DNA of 64,000 nt from Eledone cirrhosa (Eukaryota): positions 23,684,001 through 23,748,000 of the forward strand of contig OZ024749.1 of the NCBI GenBank assembly GCA_964016885.1, in the 5' to 3' direction. Shown here piece after piece: positions 13,939 to 26,959 of the stretch. Made by a program: the position numbers and the translations under genes. The first letter of the stretch is position 1; the number at the start of each line of letters is the position of its first letter. A model generated the notes under the pieces. The model saw only the letters and a program-made list of their open reading frames with translations, had not been told where the DNA came from and did no database searches.

Positions 13939-13961
13939 GAGAGAGAGACAGAAAGAGAGAG

Positions 13962-14035
<74 letters not shown>

Positions 14036-14331
14036 TGTGTGTGTGTGTATTAGAGAGAGATGTAAAGATAGATACACACATATCTAAATGTATGCATAAC
14101 TACATATATACGTATATGTACACTTATTATACTAGTTTTACAGACTTAATTTATTGGAAATGGAAATAGGAATGGAATTATTTCTGTAAACAATTATGAG
14201 AACAAAGTACATGACATACTCTAGTCTCACAACCATTGAGTACCATGTCTTTCATGATTAGAAATACACCCATACATTTATATATAAATATATATACATA
14301 AATACATGCATACTTACACCCACTCACACAA

Positions 14332-14390
<59 letters not shown>

Positions 14391-14514
14391 TAGATAGATA
14401 TAGATATATATATATAGATATAGATATAGATATGTATAAATGCATGGGTGTATTTCTAATTATGAAAGACATTCTACTTACTAGTTGTGAGAGTAGAGTA
14501 TGTGATGTAGCTTG

Positions 14515-14583
<69 letters not shown>

Positions 14584-14624
14584 CTATCTCTCTCTCTCTC
14601 TGTCTCTCTCTGTCTCTCTCTCTA

Positions 14625-14660
<36 letters not shown>

Positions 14661-14699
14661 CATTTTGTTTCTGAATTTGTATAGCAAGATTCTTTATCT

Positions 14700-14920
14700 G
14701 AAAACGTGTGTTGAAACCGTCCTGTAGGGCACAGGTTGCTAAAGTCATATGTGACTAGGTAATTATTACTATAGGTAAGTTTAAGTAGGAGTCCCAGCTC
14801 ACTGGTATCAATCGCACGGAACTCAACATTGCTCTCACTGATCATTTCTACGCATTTCTCCACAGCAAAATCCACGTCAGTAGATGGATACAGCGACACA
14901 ACATCCATACTACCTATTAT
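14700..14920 (-). pseudogene. Penelope-like reverse transcriptase fragment, inverted relative to the rest of its element
   Basis: IIGSMDVVSLYPS matches the PLE RT motif S-x-D-V-x-S-L-Y-P/T. Confidence 0.8.
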
Positions 14921-14922
14921 GC

Positions 14923-15594
14923 ATAGTGTATAGAGGAGCCAGAACCAAATGGGAGAAAATGGTAAATAATGACACAAATGGGACCTGTCAATTGTATAGG
15001 AGCAAATTTTGGAATAGAATAGAAATAACTAGCAATAAGGTTAATAGAATAAACTCATAGTATGATAGCAATAAATACCAGAGTGTAATGTTTATCGATA
15101 CAACCCCTAGAGGTGAATTAGCTTACAAATTTAGAAGGGCCCTAGATAAACATAAACTCAATATTAAGATAGTAGAAAGACCAGGTACCTCCGTAAAAAC
15201 ACTTATTAGCAAGACATACCCTTTTCAAAGACCCCCCTTTATAGATAAGAAATGTATAACCTGTAAATTAAGCCCCCATATTAACTGTAAAACTAGAAAT
15301 GTAGTATAAAGCATAAGATGTACTGAAGGACAATGTAGAGACAAAAATATAGTGTACATAGGTGAGACAGCTCGTACTGTAGGGGAACGGATAAATGAAC
15401 ACTGGCATGACCTTCGAGATAGTAAAGAATCATCTGTACTCTACCAACATGCTAAAATAGAACATAAGGGTAAATTAGAGAACATAGAAATAAAAATAGA
15501 ATCTACACACAGAAAAGACGCAATGTGTAGACAAATCACAGAGGCAATAAACATAAAAGAATTACAACCAAAATTAAATAGAAAATAGGAGTGG
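14923..15594 (+). pseudogene. Neptune-like PLE thumb, Cys linker and GIY-YIG endonuclease remnant
   Basis: LYRSKFW; FIDTTPRGEL; IVERPG; CITC..NCKTRNVV*SIRC...C; YIGETARTVGERINEH; RQITEAINI; LNRK*EW; in-frame stops. Confidence 0.88.
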
Positions 15595-15821
15595 AACAGC
15601 AACATCACAACTTACAATTAAGGACAAAATGAAAACACACACGCACATAGAACAAACAACCAACCTGTAACATGTAAATAAACAAATAAATAAGCAAATA
15701 TAAAGACACACAGACACCCGGATGCGGCGCATGCGTAGACTGAGCACACAACACACACACAGAAACAAAATGGCGTAGGACAGAACAAAGGAGAGGCACA
15801 AAAACAAAGAAAAGAATCCCA

Positions 15822-15864
15822 GTCACTGAAGAGGTCACAAAATGTGTTACGAAATAACTTTGAC
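15822..15864 (+). ncRNA. Degenerate hammerhead in PLE pLTR
   Basis: GTCA-CTGAAGA-GGTCACAAAATGTGTTAC-GAAA-TAACTT-TGAC; stem III decayed. Confidence 0.6.
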
Positions 15865-16013
15865 AATATATAATAAACAACCATCTGGTTGTGCAACCAA
15901 CCAACCAACCGGAAATTTATAAATTCCTAAATTTATAAATTTATTATAATAAATTGAAGTGAAAGCAACTGGTGCGTGTATTTCTTATTGGCAACATGAC
16001 CCTCCCAAAGTAT

Positions 16014-16096
<83 letters not shown>

Positions 16097-16321
16097 TATA
16101 GTTGAAGGAGTCAACAAAGAGAGGTACAAAAAAGTATTTCTAATTTGATGCTTTATATTGAAAAAAGTACAGGAGTACAAAAGAGAGACAGGATCACAAT
16201 GGAGAAACAGATAAAAGATCAGGTAAAAACAAAAAAAAGAACGAAAATGAAGAGGGAAAACTAGAAAGCTGTGAGGTAGTCTTGGTAATGAGTAGGAACG
16301 CAAATATATATACATATATAT

Positions 16322-16383
<62 letters not shown>

Positions 16384-16513
16384 TATATATATGCTTGCCA
16401 GCATAACTCTAATTTTGCGTTCCGTTTCGCTTTTGCTACACGCCGAAATGCGATTCTCGCTGAACTTATATATATATTGTTACACTTGGGGAGGGTCAAA
16501 TTGTTATAATAAT

Positions 16514-16699
16514 TGTTTTTACTTTAGGCATAAGGCCAGCAATTATCCAGTACATTACTGGTACTTTATTTTATCGACCCCGTAAGGATGAAAGGCAAAG
16601 TTAACCTCGGCGGGATTTGAACCCAGACTGTAAAGGGACATAACTATGCTAGAAAGCATGGCGTCCAACCCTCTACGGATACTGCCAGTTCACCGCCCT
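16514..16699 (-). mobile_element. SINE family A inserted into the PLE inverted arm, 13-bp TSD
   Basis: TTGTTATAATAAT at 16501-16513 and 16700-16712; the opposite arm lacks the insert. Confidence 0.92.
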
Positions 16700-16966
16700 T
16701 TGTTATAATAATATTGCCAGAATTAATAACAGAACACACTCACTGTTTGGTTGGTTTTCGCTTCTGTATCTCTTATATCAGTTAATTCATTCGGTCCTCA
16801 ATGTTTACCATTGACTGACCAATTGTCAACAATACAGATATAATATAGACACAGACACATATATATAATCTAACAAAGTTCTTTCGTTGCACATCTGCAA
16901 CAACGTCAGTGGTGCTATTATGATTCCTGTTGTATTGTATGTCTACGCCATCTTTATTTAATCTGT

Positions 16967-17017
<51 letters not shown>

Positions 17018-17024
17018 TTTTTGT

Positions 17025-17345
17025 CTAAACTGTAAAACTAAAGACGTAGTCTATAGCATAAGATGTACAGAGGGTACTTGCATAAACATGACAACAACAT
17101 ACATAGGCGAGACAGCTCGTAGCATAGATGAAATGATAAACCAGCCCTGGGGGAACTAAAAGGACGAAAAAAACGGTTCAGTGCTATACGAACACACCAG
17201 ACAACAACAGGACGGTAACATAGACAACATAGAAATTAAAATAATATCTAAACATAGAAATGACCCAGCAGATAGGCAAATCAGAGAGGCCAGCGAAATA
17301 GAACTTAGAAGGCCAAGGCTAAACAGAAAAAATGAATGGAATAAC
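17025..17345 (+). pseudogene. GIY-YIG endonuclease remnant
   Basis: LNCKTKDVVYSIRCTEGTC...YIGETARS...SVLYEH...RQIREASEI..LNRKNEW; paralogous to about 15280-15594. Confidence 0.88.
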
Positions 17346-17934
17346 AACACCCAACCAAACAATACTGACCTAAGAGAAATATAAATAAATAAATAAATAT
17401 ACACACAAGCACAATAATAACAAACACATATAAACACACACTCGTAAACTATAATAGAATACAGTAACCAAAATACAGTCACCCAAACGCGAACACACAT
17501 CAAACACTATATACACACGCAAACGCATGCGCAGAGAAGAAGACAAAAATAAATAAATAAATAAATAAACAGATTAAATAAAGATGGCGTAGACATACAA
17601 TACAACAGGAGGAAACATAATAGCACCACTGACTATGTTGCAGATGTGCAACGAAAGAAGTTTGTTAGACTATCTATATATGTGTTTGTGTCTATATTGT
17701 ATCTATATTGTTGACCGTTGGTCAGTCAATGGTAACATTGAGAACCGAATAAATTTACTGATATAAAAGATACAAAAGCGAAAACCAACCAAACAGTGAG
17801 TGTGTTCTATTATTAATTCTGGCAATATTATTACAACAATCTGACCCTCCCCAAGTATAACAATATTTGTTTCGACAAACGATTTCATATCAAAAACGTC
17901 GCAAAAGAAATATATATATATATATATGTCACTG

Positions 17935-18700
17935 AAATTATTGGAGAAGAGAAAACACGTACGTAAGAGATTTATAATAGTTATCTTAGGAAAATGAACA
18001 CAGTGAAGACAATACAACGAACGAAAAGAAGGCAATACTAAAAACAATATTTTGAAGAAGAAACCCTTAAAACTTATTTTTCAGAAATAAAAATACAAAC
18101 TAGGGGCAGAACTCCACGGTTTTCAGCCATTGAGATAGACATTCATAGTTTCAACCCCTACCAACGGTACGGCTTATCCTCCCGAGTTCACAGCGACTGG
18201 CACAAGCCAAACCGTTGTCCATGGAGCATGCAACAAGACAAAACAATAATTTATAGCAATTAAGCTGTAACACGTACACAGAGAATTTTATCTGACGACA
18301 GGGAAAATGTCTTGTAATTGCTTAACGTCTCGTGAATCAAACAAACGAAAAGAAAGAAAAGAAAGAAAAAAAGAAAAGGGAAAGAAAAAACAAGAAGAAT
18401 GAAGGAAAACATCATGTTAAATGTTAATTGTAGAGATTATTGGGGCGAGAAGAGATAACTCGTACGTCAGAGAATAGTAATAATAAATTTAGAAAAATGA
18501 ACAAAGAGAAGACAATACGACGAAGGAAACAAGGTAAACAAAATATTCTTTGAAGGGGAAACCTCAAAAAATTATTTTTTGAAAATAAAAATACAAACAA
18601 AAGACACAGGACTCCATGGACTTCAGGCGTTGACTTGGACGTTGACAGTTTTATAAATTTCTAAGGTTTCCTTTTCAAAAAATTGTTTTTGTATTTGTCT
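17935..18700. repeat. Diverged direct repeat (about 17935-18150 and 18435-18652) with a short inverted end
   Basis: GAAAATGAACA..GAAGACAATAC..GAAACC..AATAAAAATACAAAC..ACTCCA.GG in both copies; inverted GGTTTCC.TTTCAAAA near 18665. Confidence 0.6.
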
Positions 18701-18796
18701 TCTATTTGTCTTGTTCCGAATTTTCCAACGTATATATATATATATATATATTAAAATATAAGTATTAATAAAATAGATGTTCTTTTGATCAATTAC

Positions 18797-18849
18797 ATTT
18801 TATTATACATATTTCGGATGTACAACAGTACGTCCTCATCAGACAAAAT
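18797..18849 (-). ncRNA. Minimal type I hammerhead ribozyme (left arm)
   Basis: Minus strand ATTTTGT-CTGATGA-GGACGTAC TGTT GTACATCC-GAAA-TATGTAT-A-ATAAAAT. Confidence 0.85.
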
Positions 18850-18939
18850 ATAATGATACATGACATACCCTGAAATGTTAAATGGTTAAGATTTAAATCT
18901 TAACCATTTAACATCTCAGGGTATGTTATGTATCATTAT

Positions 18940-18992
18940 ATTTTGTCTGATGAGGACGTACTGTTGTACATCCGAAATATGTATAATGAAAT
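18940..18992 (+). ncRNA. Minimal type I hammerhead ribozyme (right arm)
   Basis: ATTTTGT-CTGATGA-GGACGTACTGTTGTACATCC-GAAA-TATGTAT-A-ATGAAAT. Confidence 0.85.
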
Positions 18993-19143
18993 GTAATTGA
19001 TCAAAAGAACATCTATTTTATTAATACTTATATTTTAATATTAATAACTCGTGAAAATTATTTTTTTCACTGTTGAGTGCTTCCAATCTACTGTAAAACT
19101 CATTTTTTGACGTAATCATCGAATATTGTTTAACAACTTAATA

Positions 19144-19182
<39 letters not shown>

Positions 19183-19304
19183 AAAGAGCAGGTGGAGCCC
19201 ACCTCCTCTCCATCAAATTTCTTCCAGGGTAGGATGAAGCATGAATGAATAGCAGTGAGAAAGAAATAGGGTGGAAGCATCGACTCAGGACTTGCCAGGT
19301 ACTT

Positions 19305-19418
19305 ACTTGATCGATGAAAGGTGAAGTTGACATCAGCGGTATTTGAACTGAGACAGCAGAACGCCGTAACGAAAACCAGGAATCATTTTCTCTGATTTTC
19401 TAATGATTCATCGCCTAT
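19305..19418 (-). mobile_element. Old SINE family A-related fragment
   Basis: GATGAAAGGTGAAGTTGAC...ATTTGAACT. Confidence 0.55.
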
Positions 19419-20363
19419 AAGTTTGATACAAACAGACAAATAAACTACATTACATCAACAAACCTACCATACACCCGCCATCCAACAAGGCATTAATCCA
19501 CAAATCTACAACCCATCAACAAGCCGAATATCCATATATTCACTACCTGATCAACTACCAGGCAGACAGAGGACAGCCAGGGAATAGCTCCTCCAGGGCA
19601 GCTCATTTACCATCCTCCGGGGAAACGACTTCTCTATTCTGCCCGCCGTGGGACCCCATTTGCTCAAAATACAGAGAGATATGGAGGGCGAGAGAGATGG
19701 AGGCAATGACAGTGGGGGTTCGGCTCATCCGTTTTTGGACACATTGCACCGGTCATGTGGATAAAGCCATATAAGTACAAATTTCATAATTTCGTTTATT
19801 CGCCTTTTGCCACACGTAACCAGCCACCAAGCCAGCAAACCCTCACCCATCTATCCACTACCCGATTAACTACCAGACCGACAGCCACACGTTAACCAGC
19901 CAGCAAGACAGCTAGCCAGTCAGCCATCAAAACAACCAGATTTAGTCATGAATCAATGAAGTATTTAAGCAAATAAACAATGGAAGAATCAAAATTACCA
20001 ATATACGTATATAATGAGTGTGTGTGTATGTGTGCCTGTGTGAGTGTGTGTACGTTTGTGTGTGTATGTGTTTGTGTGTTTGTGATTGTGTGTCTTTATT
20101 TGTTGGTGTGTTTGCGTCTGTGTGTTTGTCTGTGTGTTTGTGTATTTATCTTTGTGTCTGTTTGTTTGTATGTGTGTGTTCGTGTTCCTGGGTTAATTTT
20201 CTCGCCAAATATCGAACAACTTTGAAACAAAACAAAGATTATAACAACAGTAAATTAAATATTTCTTAATCGCATTCAAAATGACTCATTTGAAATTCGT
20301 AATGATAAATATGTAACGTTTATGCTCCCAGCTAGATGTTTTCTACCATTTCCTCGACACTCA

Positions 20364-20402
<39 letters not shown>

Positions 20403-20510
20403 CATCAATATATATTTATATACTTGTAAATATATATGTATGTATATATACACACACACACATATATATATACACATACAAACATATATATATATATGTG
20501 TGGGTGTGTG

Positions 20511-20552
<42 letters not shown>

Positions 20553-20647
20553 CATCAATATATATTTATATACTTGTAAATATATATGTATGTATATATA
20601 CACACACACACATATATATACACATACAAACATATATATATGTGTGG

Positions 20648-20695
<48 letters not shown>

Positions 20696-20919
20696 TTATC
20701 TATCTATGTATACATGTAGGCCCCTCTATGTTTTTCTCTGATCTACTCTCTCTCTCTCGCTCTCTCCCCCTCTCTTTCTCTTTCTTTCTATTTATGTCTA
20801 AATTTAACTATATCGACCTCTGGCGTATTACACGAAATCGAGAGAGGTCGATGTTAACTATTTAATTAGTTGTTGCAAACAGAATATTCACACAACATAT
20901 ATAGATATAAATATACATT

Positions 20920-20989
<70 letters not shown>

Positions 20990-21053
20990 CGCGCATATGT
21001 GTGTGTGAGTGTGTGTGTATATATATATACATATACATGTATATGTATATATA

Positions 21054-21165
<112 letters not shown>

Positions 21166-21841
21166 CAGGCAGCATGTCCTTAAGCAATAAATGTTCTTCA
21201 AGGTTTGATATTTCGGGTGGCATTTTACAGTCTACGAATTACCTGACACCCAAGACTCTCTTTAATAATACAATCAGGTTAATGTTTTTAAGATAGAAAT
21301 AGGAATTCATTAGAAAGTTTGCTACAAGCTCTGAGATTATAATAAGATATTAATTGAATTACATTAGGCAAAGCTTCATAGTTATTGAATTAACAATTGT
21401 AAGCATTTGGGGAATATTATTGAAACTCGTGTAGAATTTTAAAGTCTCGAAAGTTTGTCTAGGTTATATAATATAATTCAAATGAAATTTGGCCGAAGTT
21501 GAATTAGCGTTTGTTTAAGAGACAAACAGATACACTTCTGTAACATGATGGTCATTAAATGAAACGAATTTATTATAAATGATGGTGGATTTCTGTTAGC
21601 TTAACTCTATTATTTGGCAACACCATTTGTGTATGGCTGTTATATCTGCAAGGTCATTTCAACCGAATTATTTGAGCCCAAAAGAACTAGCATCAAGTTT
21701 TGATGCACTTAATGTTAAAAGACTTACGTTGTGAGCGTCGAGCTTGGGTTCACAAAATCACTACATTATATGTTCTACGTATGGCAAATTAAAAACAAGC
21801 TTTGTTTCGGATTTTTCGTCCTGTTATTAATGGTTTTGGTT

Positions 21842-22000
21842 AAGGGGGTGGATTGCCAGCGTCGTTATAACGTCGAATTTGTTTGATAAGCCTCGGTATT
21901 TATTCTGCTTCACTGCGCTCCGAGTTCAAATCCCACCGAGCTCAAATTTCACTTTCACCCTTTTGCGATTAATAAATGAACCTCTAGTCTGATACTGGTA
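21842..22000 (+). mobile_element. Old SINE family A-related copy
   Basis: GAGTTCAAATCCCACCGAG..ACTTTCACCC. Confidence 0.6.
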
Positions 22001-22007
22001 TTTTTCT

Positions 22008-22081
<74 letters not shown>

Positions 22082-23189
22082 ATACTCCCCTCTCACTCAC
22101 TGTTATTCCTCTGCTTCAGTCTCTTGTACTCTTCTATCTCTTTCTGGTACGTCCCCTCTCTCTTTGGTACTCATATCCCTCTCACAGTCTTTACTTCGTT
22201 CCCTAAAAAAATAAATATTTGAACTCCAGCTGAAGATGTATTGGCTCCAACAGTTTTAAAGATGTACAAGACACTCCATGTGTCAAGACGCTGTCCCTAC
22301 TATTTTATTAGGAGATAAGAGACCTTTAATATTCATAAAATAATTATAGTATTTTAGACAAATCAAACTAATGAAATTGAAATGTATGATGTATGATTTC
22401 TATCAACCCTTTTCTAAACACCCGACATAAACCCTGATGTTCAGAGATCGGGTTTCAAATAATTCTATTAGTGAATAGATTTCAAGGTGTCGCTTGTAAT
22501 TATGAAGAAATGTTGTTATTTTGTTCTACAGACAAATAGTTACTAATTAAAGCACAAGGTCAGTACTTTTGCAGTGGTGTTTGTGGAGGGATGTAAAACG
22601 ATTAAATTGATTAGTAATTCCCGAGGTTGGTATAATAAAGACGAACAAGGTGGGGGTAGTTTAATCTCACCACATAATGTACCGGAACAAATACAGCAAT
22701 GGAGTTCCTTGATTAGCTCTAATGAGAAGTGGCTTTTAATTTCAGCACAAGGAGACAATCTATATATAAATTTGAGCGACTTCTGTCCGTCACACAATGT
22801 GTGTATGTGTGTGTGTGTATATATATGTGTGTGTGTGTATGTGTGTGTGTATGTTTGTGTGTGTGTGTGCGCGTATTTGTGTGTGTGTGTTTGTGTGCAT
22901 TTAACAAAGCAGCATATGGCGTTACATTTGCTACGCTGTGTGTGAGTGTATGTGTGTGTGTGTGTTTGCGTGAATGTATGTGTGTGTTTGTATGAATATA
23001 TGTGTATGTGTGTAAATGTAAGTCTCTGAGTGTATATTTTTTATATGCGTCTGTGTTTGCACGTTTATATTTATAAAAACTCTTACATATAAAGGTGTGT
23101 ATATGCACATACACACACACACACACACATATACACATACGCATAGTCGTGTTTAACAAACATTTAATGAATTAAATTTACTGATATAC

Positions 23190-23310
23190 TCGACAGTACT
23201 TTATTTTATCAACCTCGGATAGGATGAAAATTACGGATAATCTTGTTGGAATTTGAACACAGTATATAAAGTGCCGGCTCACATACCGCAATGGTGTTTT
23301 ATCCAATACT
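23190..23310 (-). mobile_element. Old SINE family A-related copy
   Basis: GTACTTTATTTTATCAACC..GGATGAAA..GGAATTTGAAC. Confidence 0.55.
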
Positions 23311-23334
23311 TTATTTTATCTGCCTTCCTTCACA

Positions 23335-23742
23335 GATGACCATGGGATTTGCACCTAGAAAGTTTCCTTCCGAGGCACATGTCCGGGCAAGGTTGTTTCT
23401 GGAAGGCCATCAGCCACCCATAGATATCAGTTTCCCCCGCTCCACGCCACTGATGTTGTCCAAGGGAAAGTCAATGGTGGATACAGCTTGACACCAGTGA
23501 CGTCTCAACATACACTATATAACTCTCTATATATACACTCTATACTTTATATATACACAATATGTAGTGTCCAAGGGAAAGACAATGGTCGATACAGCGT
23601 GACACCAGTGACGTCGCAACATACACTATATAACTCTCTATATATACACTCTATACTTTATATAGACACAATATTTGGTGTCAAGGGAAAGTCAATGGTC
23701 GATACAGCGTGACTCCAGTGACGTCGCAACTCATTTCTATAG
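23335..23742 (-). mobile_element. Probable SINE 3' body with internal triplication of about 120 bp
   Basis: GTCCAAGGGAAAG.CAATGGT.GATACAGC.TGACACCAGTGACGTC occurs three times; resembles a cephalopod SINE body (from memory, not searched). Confidence 0.55.
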
Positions 23743-23851
23743 TCAACTAACTAATATATTAATTCCTTTTGATATTTCTGGTTACCTAATACAGTGATAA
23801 CAAAAATCAAATGTATTATATGATTCCAGATATGCGGATATTTATATCATA

Positions 23852-24151
23852 CTAGACCACCCGTGACCCGTTGGGTCACGTTCACTTCAGAATATAAAAA
23901 AAAATACTGTTCACTTAAAAATAATTTTTAGATAATTAAAAAATATACACAGGCATATTTATAATGTGAAATGAAACTGGAAGGCCCATATATGTGTGTG
24001 TATGCATATATATAAATGTGTGTTTGTATACATATATATATATATGTGTGTGTATATATATATATGTGTGTGGATGTCTGGTCGATATAAACTGGTCATA
24101 GACTCGCACACACATATATATACACATATATATACACAACAACATCACCAG

Positions 24152-24182
<31 letters not shown>

Positions 24183-24509
24183 ACGCTCTCTCTCTCCCTC
24201 TCTCTCTCTCTCTCCCTCCCTCTCTCTCTCTCTTCCATTCTCCCTCTTTCTATGTCTCTCTTTCAATCTACTCTCTCACAAACACTATCTCTTTCTCTCT
24301 ATCCTTCTCTCTCTGTTTATGAAAGTACCCAGAAAACCCCATATCTCGCGAACCCGTGCTTCGATTTACGCGAAACTTGTTTTATTCCATTTGTATTCCC
24401 ATTTCAGGGGCAACTTCCTTTCAAAGTGTTTTCCCATTTTGCGCCCTTTTGGCTGTATTACATTACAGACAACCAAGAAAGCAATCGCAGACTATTAGTA
24501 ATATATAGA
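23852..24509 (-). mobile_element. Non-autonomous Helitron
   Basis: Minus strand begins A|TCTATATAT and ends with hairpin CGTGACCC-AAC-GGGTCACG, 6 nt, then CTAG|T; no TSD; internal microsatellites. Confidence 0.8.
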
Positions 24510-24662
24510 TAGATAAACATGCATTATATGACCTCATTGCAGTTAAGATTTCCACGAACATATGAGAACATTGATTACTTAAATTCTCTTTGATGTAATA
24601 TCATTAGCCTAGTTATCGAACAATTATTAATATTGCTGTTGTTATTATTATTGCTTTTTAAT

Positions 24663-25295
24663 GGCGGGAGATTGGCAGTATCGGTAGAGGGTAGGACGCC
24701 ATGCTTTGACGCATAGAGTTACGGCTCTTGCCATTCTGAGTTCAAATCCCGCCAAGGTTAACTTTGCCTTTCATCGTTACGGGGTCGATAAAATAAAGTA
24801 CCAGTAATGCACTGGGTAATTGCTGGCCTTGTGCCAAAAGTAGAAACAATTATTATTGCTTTTTATGAAGGCTGTTGGATTAGAAGTATCAGTAGAGCGT
24901 CGAATAACATGCTTTGTGGCATATCATTACGGCCATTTACATTCTCAGTTCAAATCCCAACGGTGTTAGTTCTGCCTTTCATCCTTACGGGGTCGATAAA
25001 TAAAGTACTAGTAACACACAGAGGTCCATATAATCAACCTTCCCGTTCTCCAAAAATGTGTTTGGCCTTGTGCCTAAAGAAGACGCCATTAATACAGTTA
25101 CTGTGAGGGTAGTTGATTAGAAGGTTCCCTATAGCAACGGCCAACTTGTTTTGTGGCATAGAGTTGCCTCACTTTACGTTCTGAGTTCTGATCTCACCAA
25201 GGTTAGCTTTGCCTTTCATCTTTACGAGGTCGATAAAATATAGTACCAGTTACCTTCTGGTATCGATTTAATCGATTTCCACTTCTCTTCAAATT
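24663..25295 (+). mobile_element. Three head-to-tail SINE family A copies of increasing divergence
   Basis: Copies at about 24663-24849, 24868-25085 and 25107-25295, each with B-box and GCCTTTCATC..GGTCGATAAA. Confidence 0.85.
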
Positions 25296-26297
25296 GCTGC
25301 CCTTCAATGCTTTTGTTTTCGCTGTTATTGGGGCAAAGGGTTGCAGCACTTCTGTTGCTATTTAGAAGCAAGTCAGCATGACTGAACATGCCTATAATGC
25401 GACTAAATTTCAGTTCGCATTTCGCTTTATTCAAATGAGGATATCTACATCATATTCAAATATGATTCTTTATGTCAATCCATCCATCCGTCTATGGATC
25501 ATTAAATCCCACGTACTTGGGTTTGAAACTTATCAAACCCCATCTCTCTCCATCTATTAAACACTTTCTTCCCAGAAGTAAGGAGACCAAAAGTGAAACT
25601 GAAATGTAGAGGAATATTCGACTGATTCAAATTGACTTTATTCATCAACCTTAAATATAAGTTAAGCAAGGTTGACTTAGATGGGTTTTTAACTCAAAGC
25701 GCAAAGAGATGAACCACATGCCGCAACGTATATGATCTGACGTTCAAAATAATTTTCTCGCCTCAATACCACCACTGTCTTTCTAATTTCTGACTTTTAT
25801 GTAGATATGAAGAGAAAAGATAAAAAGACATGGCTGCAATATTTCTAGAGGCATTAAAGGTGATGGAAAAATAAGCATACTTCGCCAATTTGAATAAATA
25901 CACATGTGTTGTGATTCAAATGTGTCACAAGGGAGTAGAGAAAAAAAGAAAATAATCTATGGGGAATATGTAAGCTTCAGATAAATTTTACGATCATGAT
26001 GCAAAGAGTTAACATACGCGCAGGAGTTAAAGCAGAAAACAACGGTCTCAATTTCTCAAAATACTCCACCATCAAATAAAAAAATGATACAGTATATCCA
26101 TAAGTAGGAAATCAATAAATATTTCGAATTAACAGACACTATATCGATGACTGCTAAATCATAATAAATATACTATGTACATATGTCAATGTTTTAGGTA
26201 AACCTTATTTCTGTTGAGGAATATTTACGCACAAACCCCTACTTATATATATATAGAGAGATAGATATATATATAATTATAAATATATAAATATAGA

Positions 26298-26490
26298 TAA
26301 CTAAGGAATTGTGGTAAGGATTGTGAACGATAACGCACCAGAGTACTCAATACTTAGGGTAGTAGAGTGGGAAATAGGAAAAAGTATGACCTCCGACGGC
26401 AGAGCTCAAGCCGTTTCGACAGCTATTTCTGGACGAGAAATAGCCGTCGAAACCGCTTGAGCTCTGCCGTCGGGGTCATACTTTTTCATA
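26298..26490 (-). mobile_element. Family B element with fold-back palindrome (26378-26487)
   Basis: Symmetric about GACAGCTATTTCT-GGACG-AGAAATAGCCGTC; carries GAAA-CGGCT..AGCCGT-C half-hammerhead; AT-repeat flanks. Confidence 0.8.
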
Positions 26491-26497
26491 TAAATAC

Positions 26498-26561
<64 letters not shown>

Positions 26562-26716
26562 GTATATGTGTGTGTATCTGTGTATGTATGTGTGCATATA
26601 AATATCGTAAATATTGTTATGGTAAATATGTGATATATTCATGAAATAAATTGGTTATGCATTTAAGTGTTTATAAATATTAAGTGCCCCATTCATACAC
26701 ACACAGAGGGATATAT

Positions 26717-26770
<54 letters not shown>

Positions 26771-26836
26771 GTATATACATACATATATATATGTATATAC
26801 ATATATATATGTATATACATATATATATATATGTAC

Positions 26837-26873
<37 letters not shown>

Positions 26874-26886
26874 GATATATGTATGT

Positions 26887-26959
<73 letters not shown>

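Larger units (their letters stand above)
14700..16020 (+). mobile_element. 5'-truncated, 5'-inverted Neptune-like Penelope retroelement with 3' pLTR
   Basis: RT fragment on minus, endonuclease on plus, HHR-like motif at 15822-15864, tail TGACCCTCCCAAAGTATAACAA running into (TA)n. Confidence 0.82.
16472..17868 (+). mobile_element. Second Neptune-like PLE: inverted pLTR (16472-17020), GIY-YIG fragment, direct pLTR (17545-17868)
   Basis: Arms are reverse complements; HHR remnants CTGACGT (left, minus) and CTGACTA (right, 17629) imply ancestral CTGACGA, followed by GTTGC..GCAAC-GAAA. Confidence 0.85.
18749..19146. mobile_element. (TA)n-flanked spacer-less palindromic HHR element (146-bp arms) plus tail
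   Basis: 18749-19040 is symmetric about GATTT|AAATC (18894/18895) with a few mismatches; tail 19041-19146. Confidence 0.9.
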
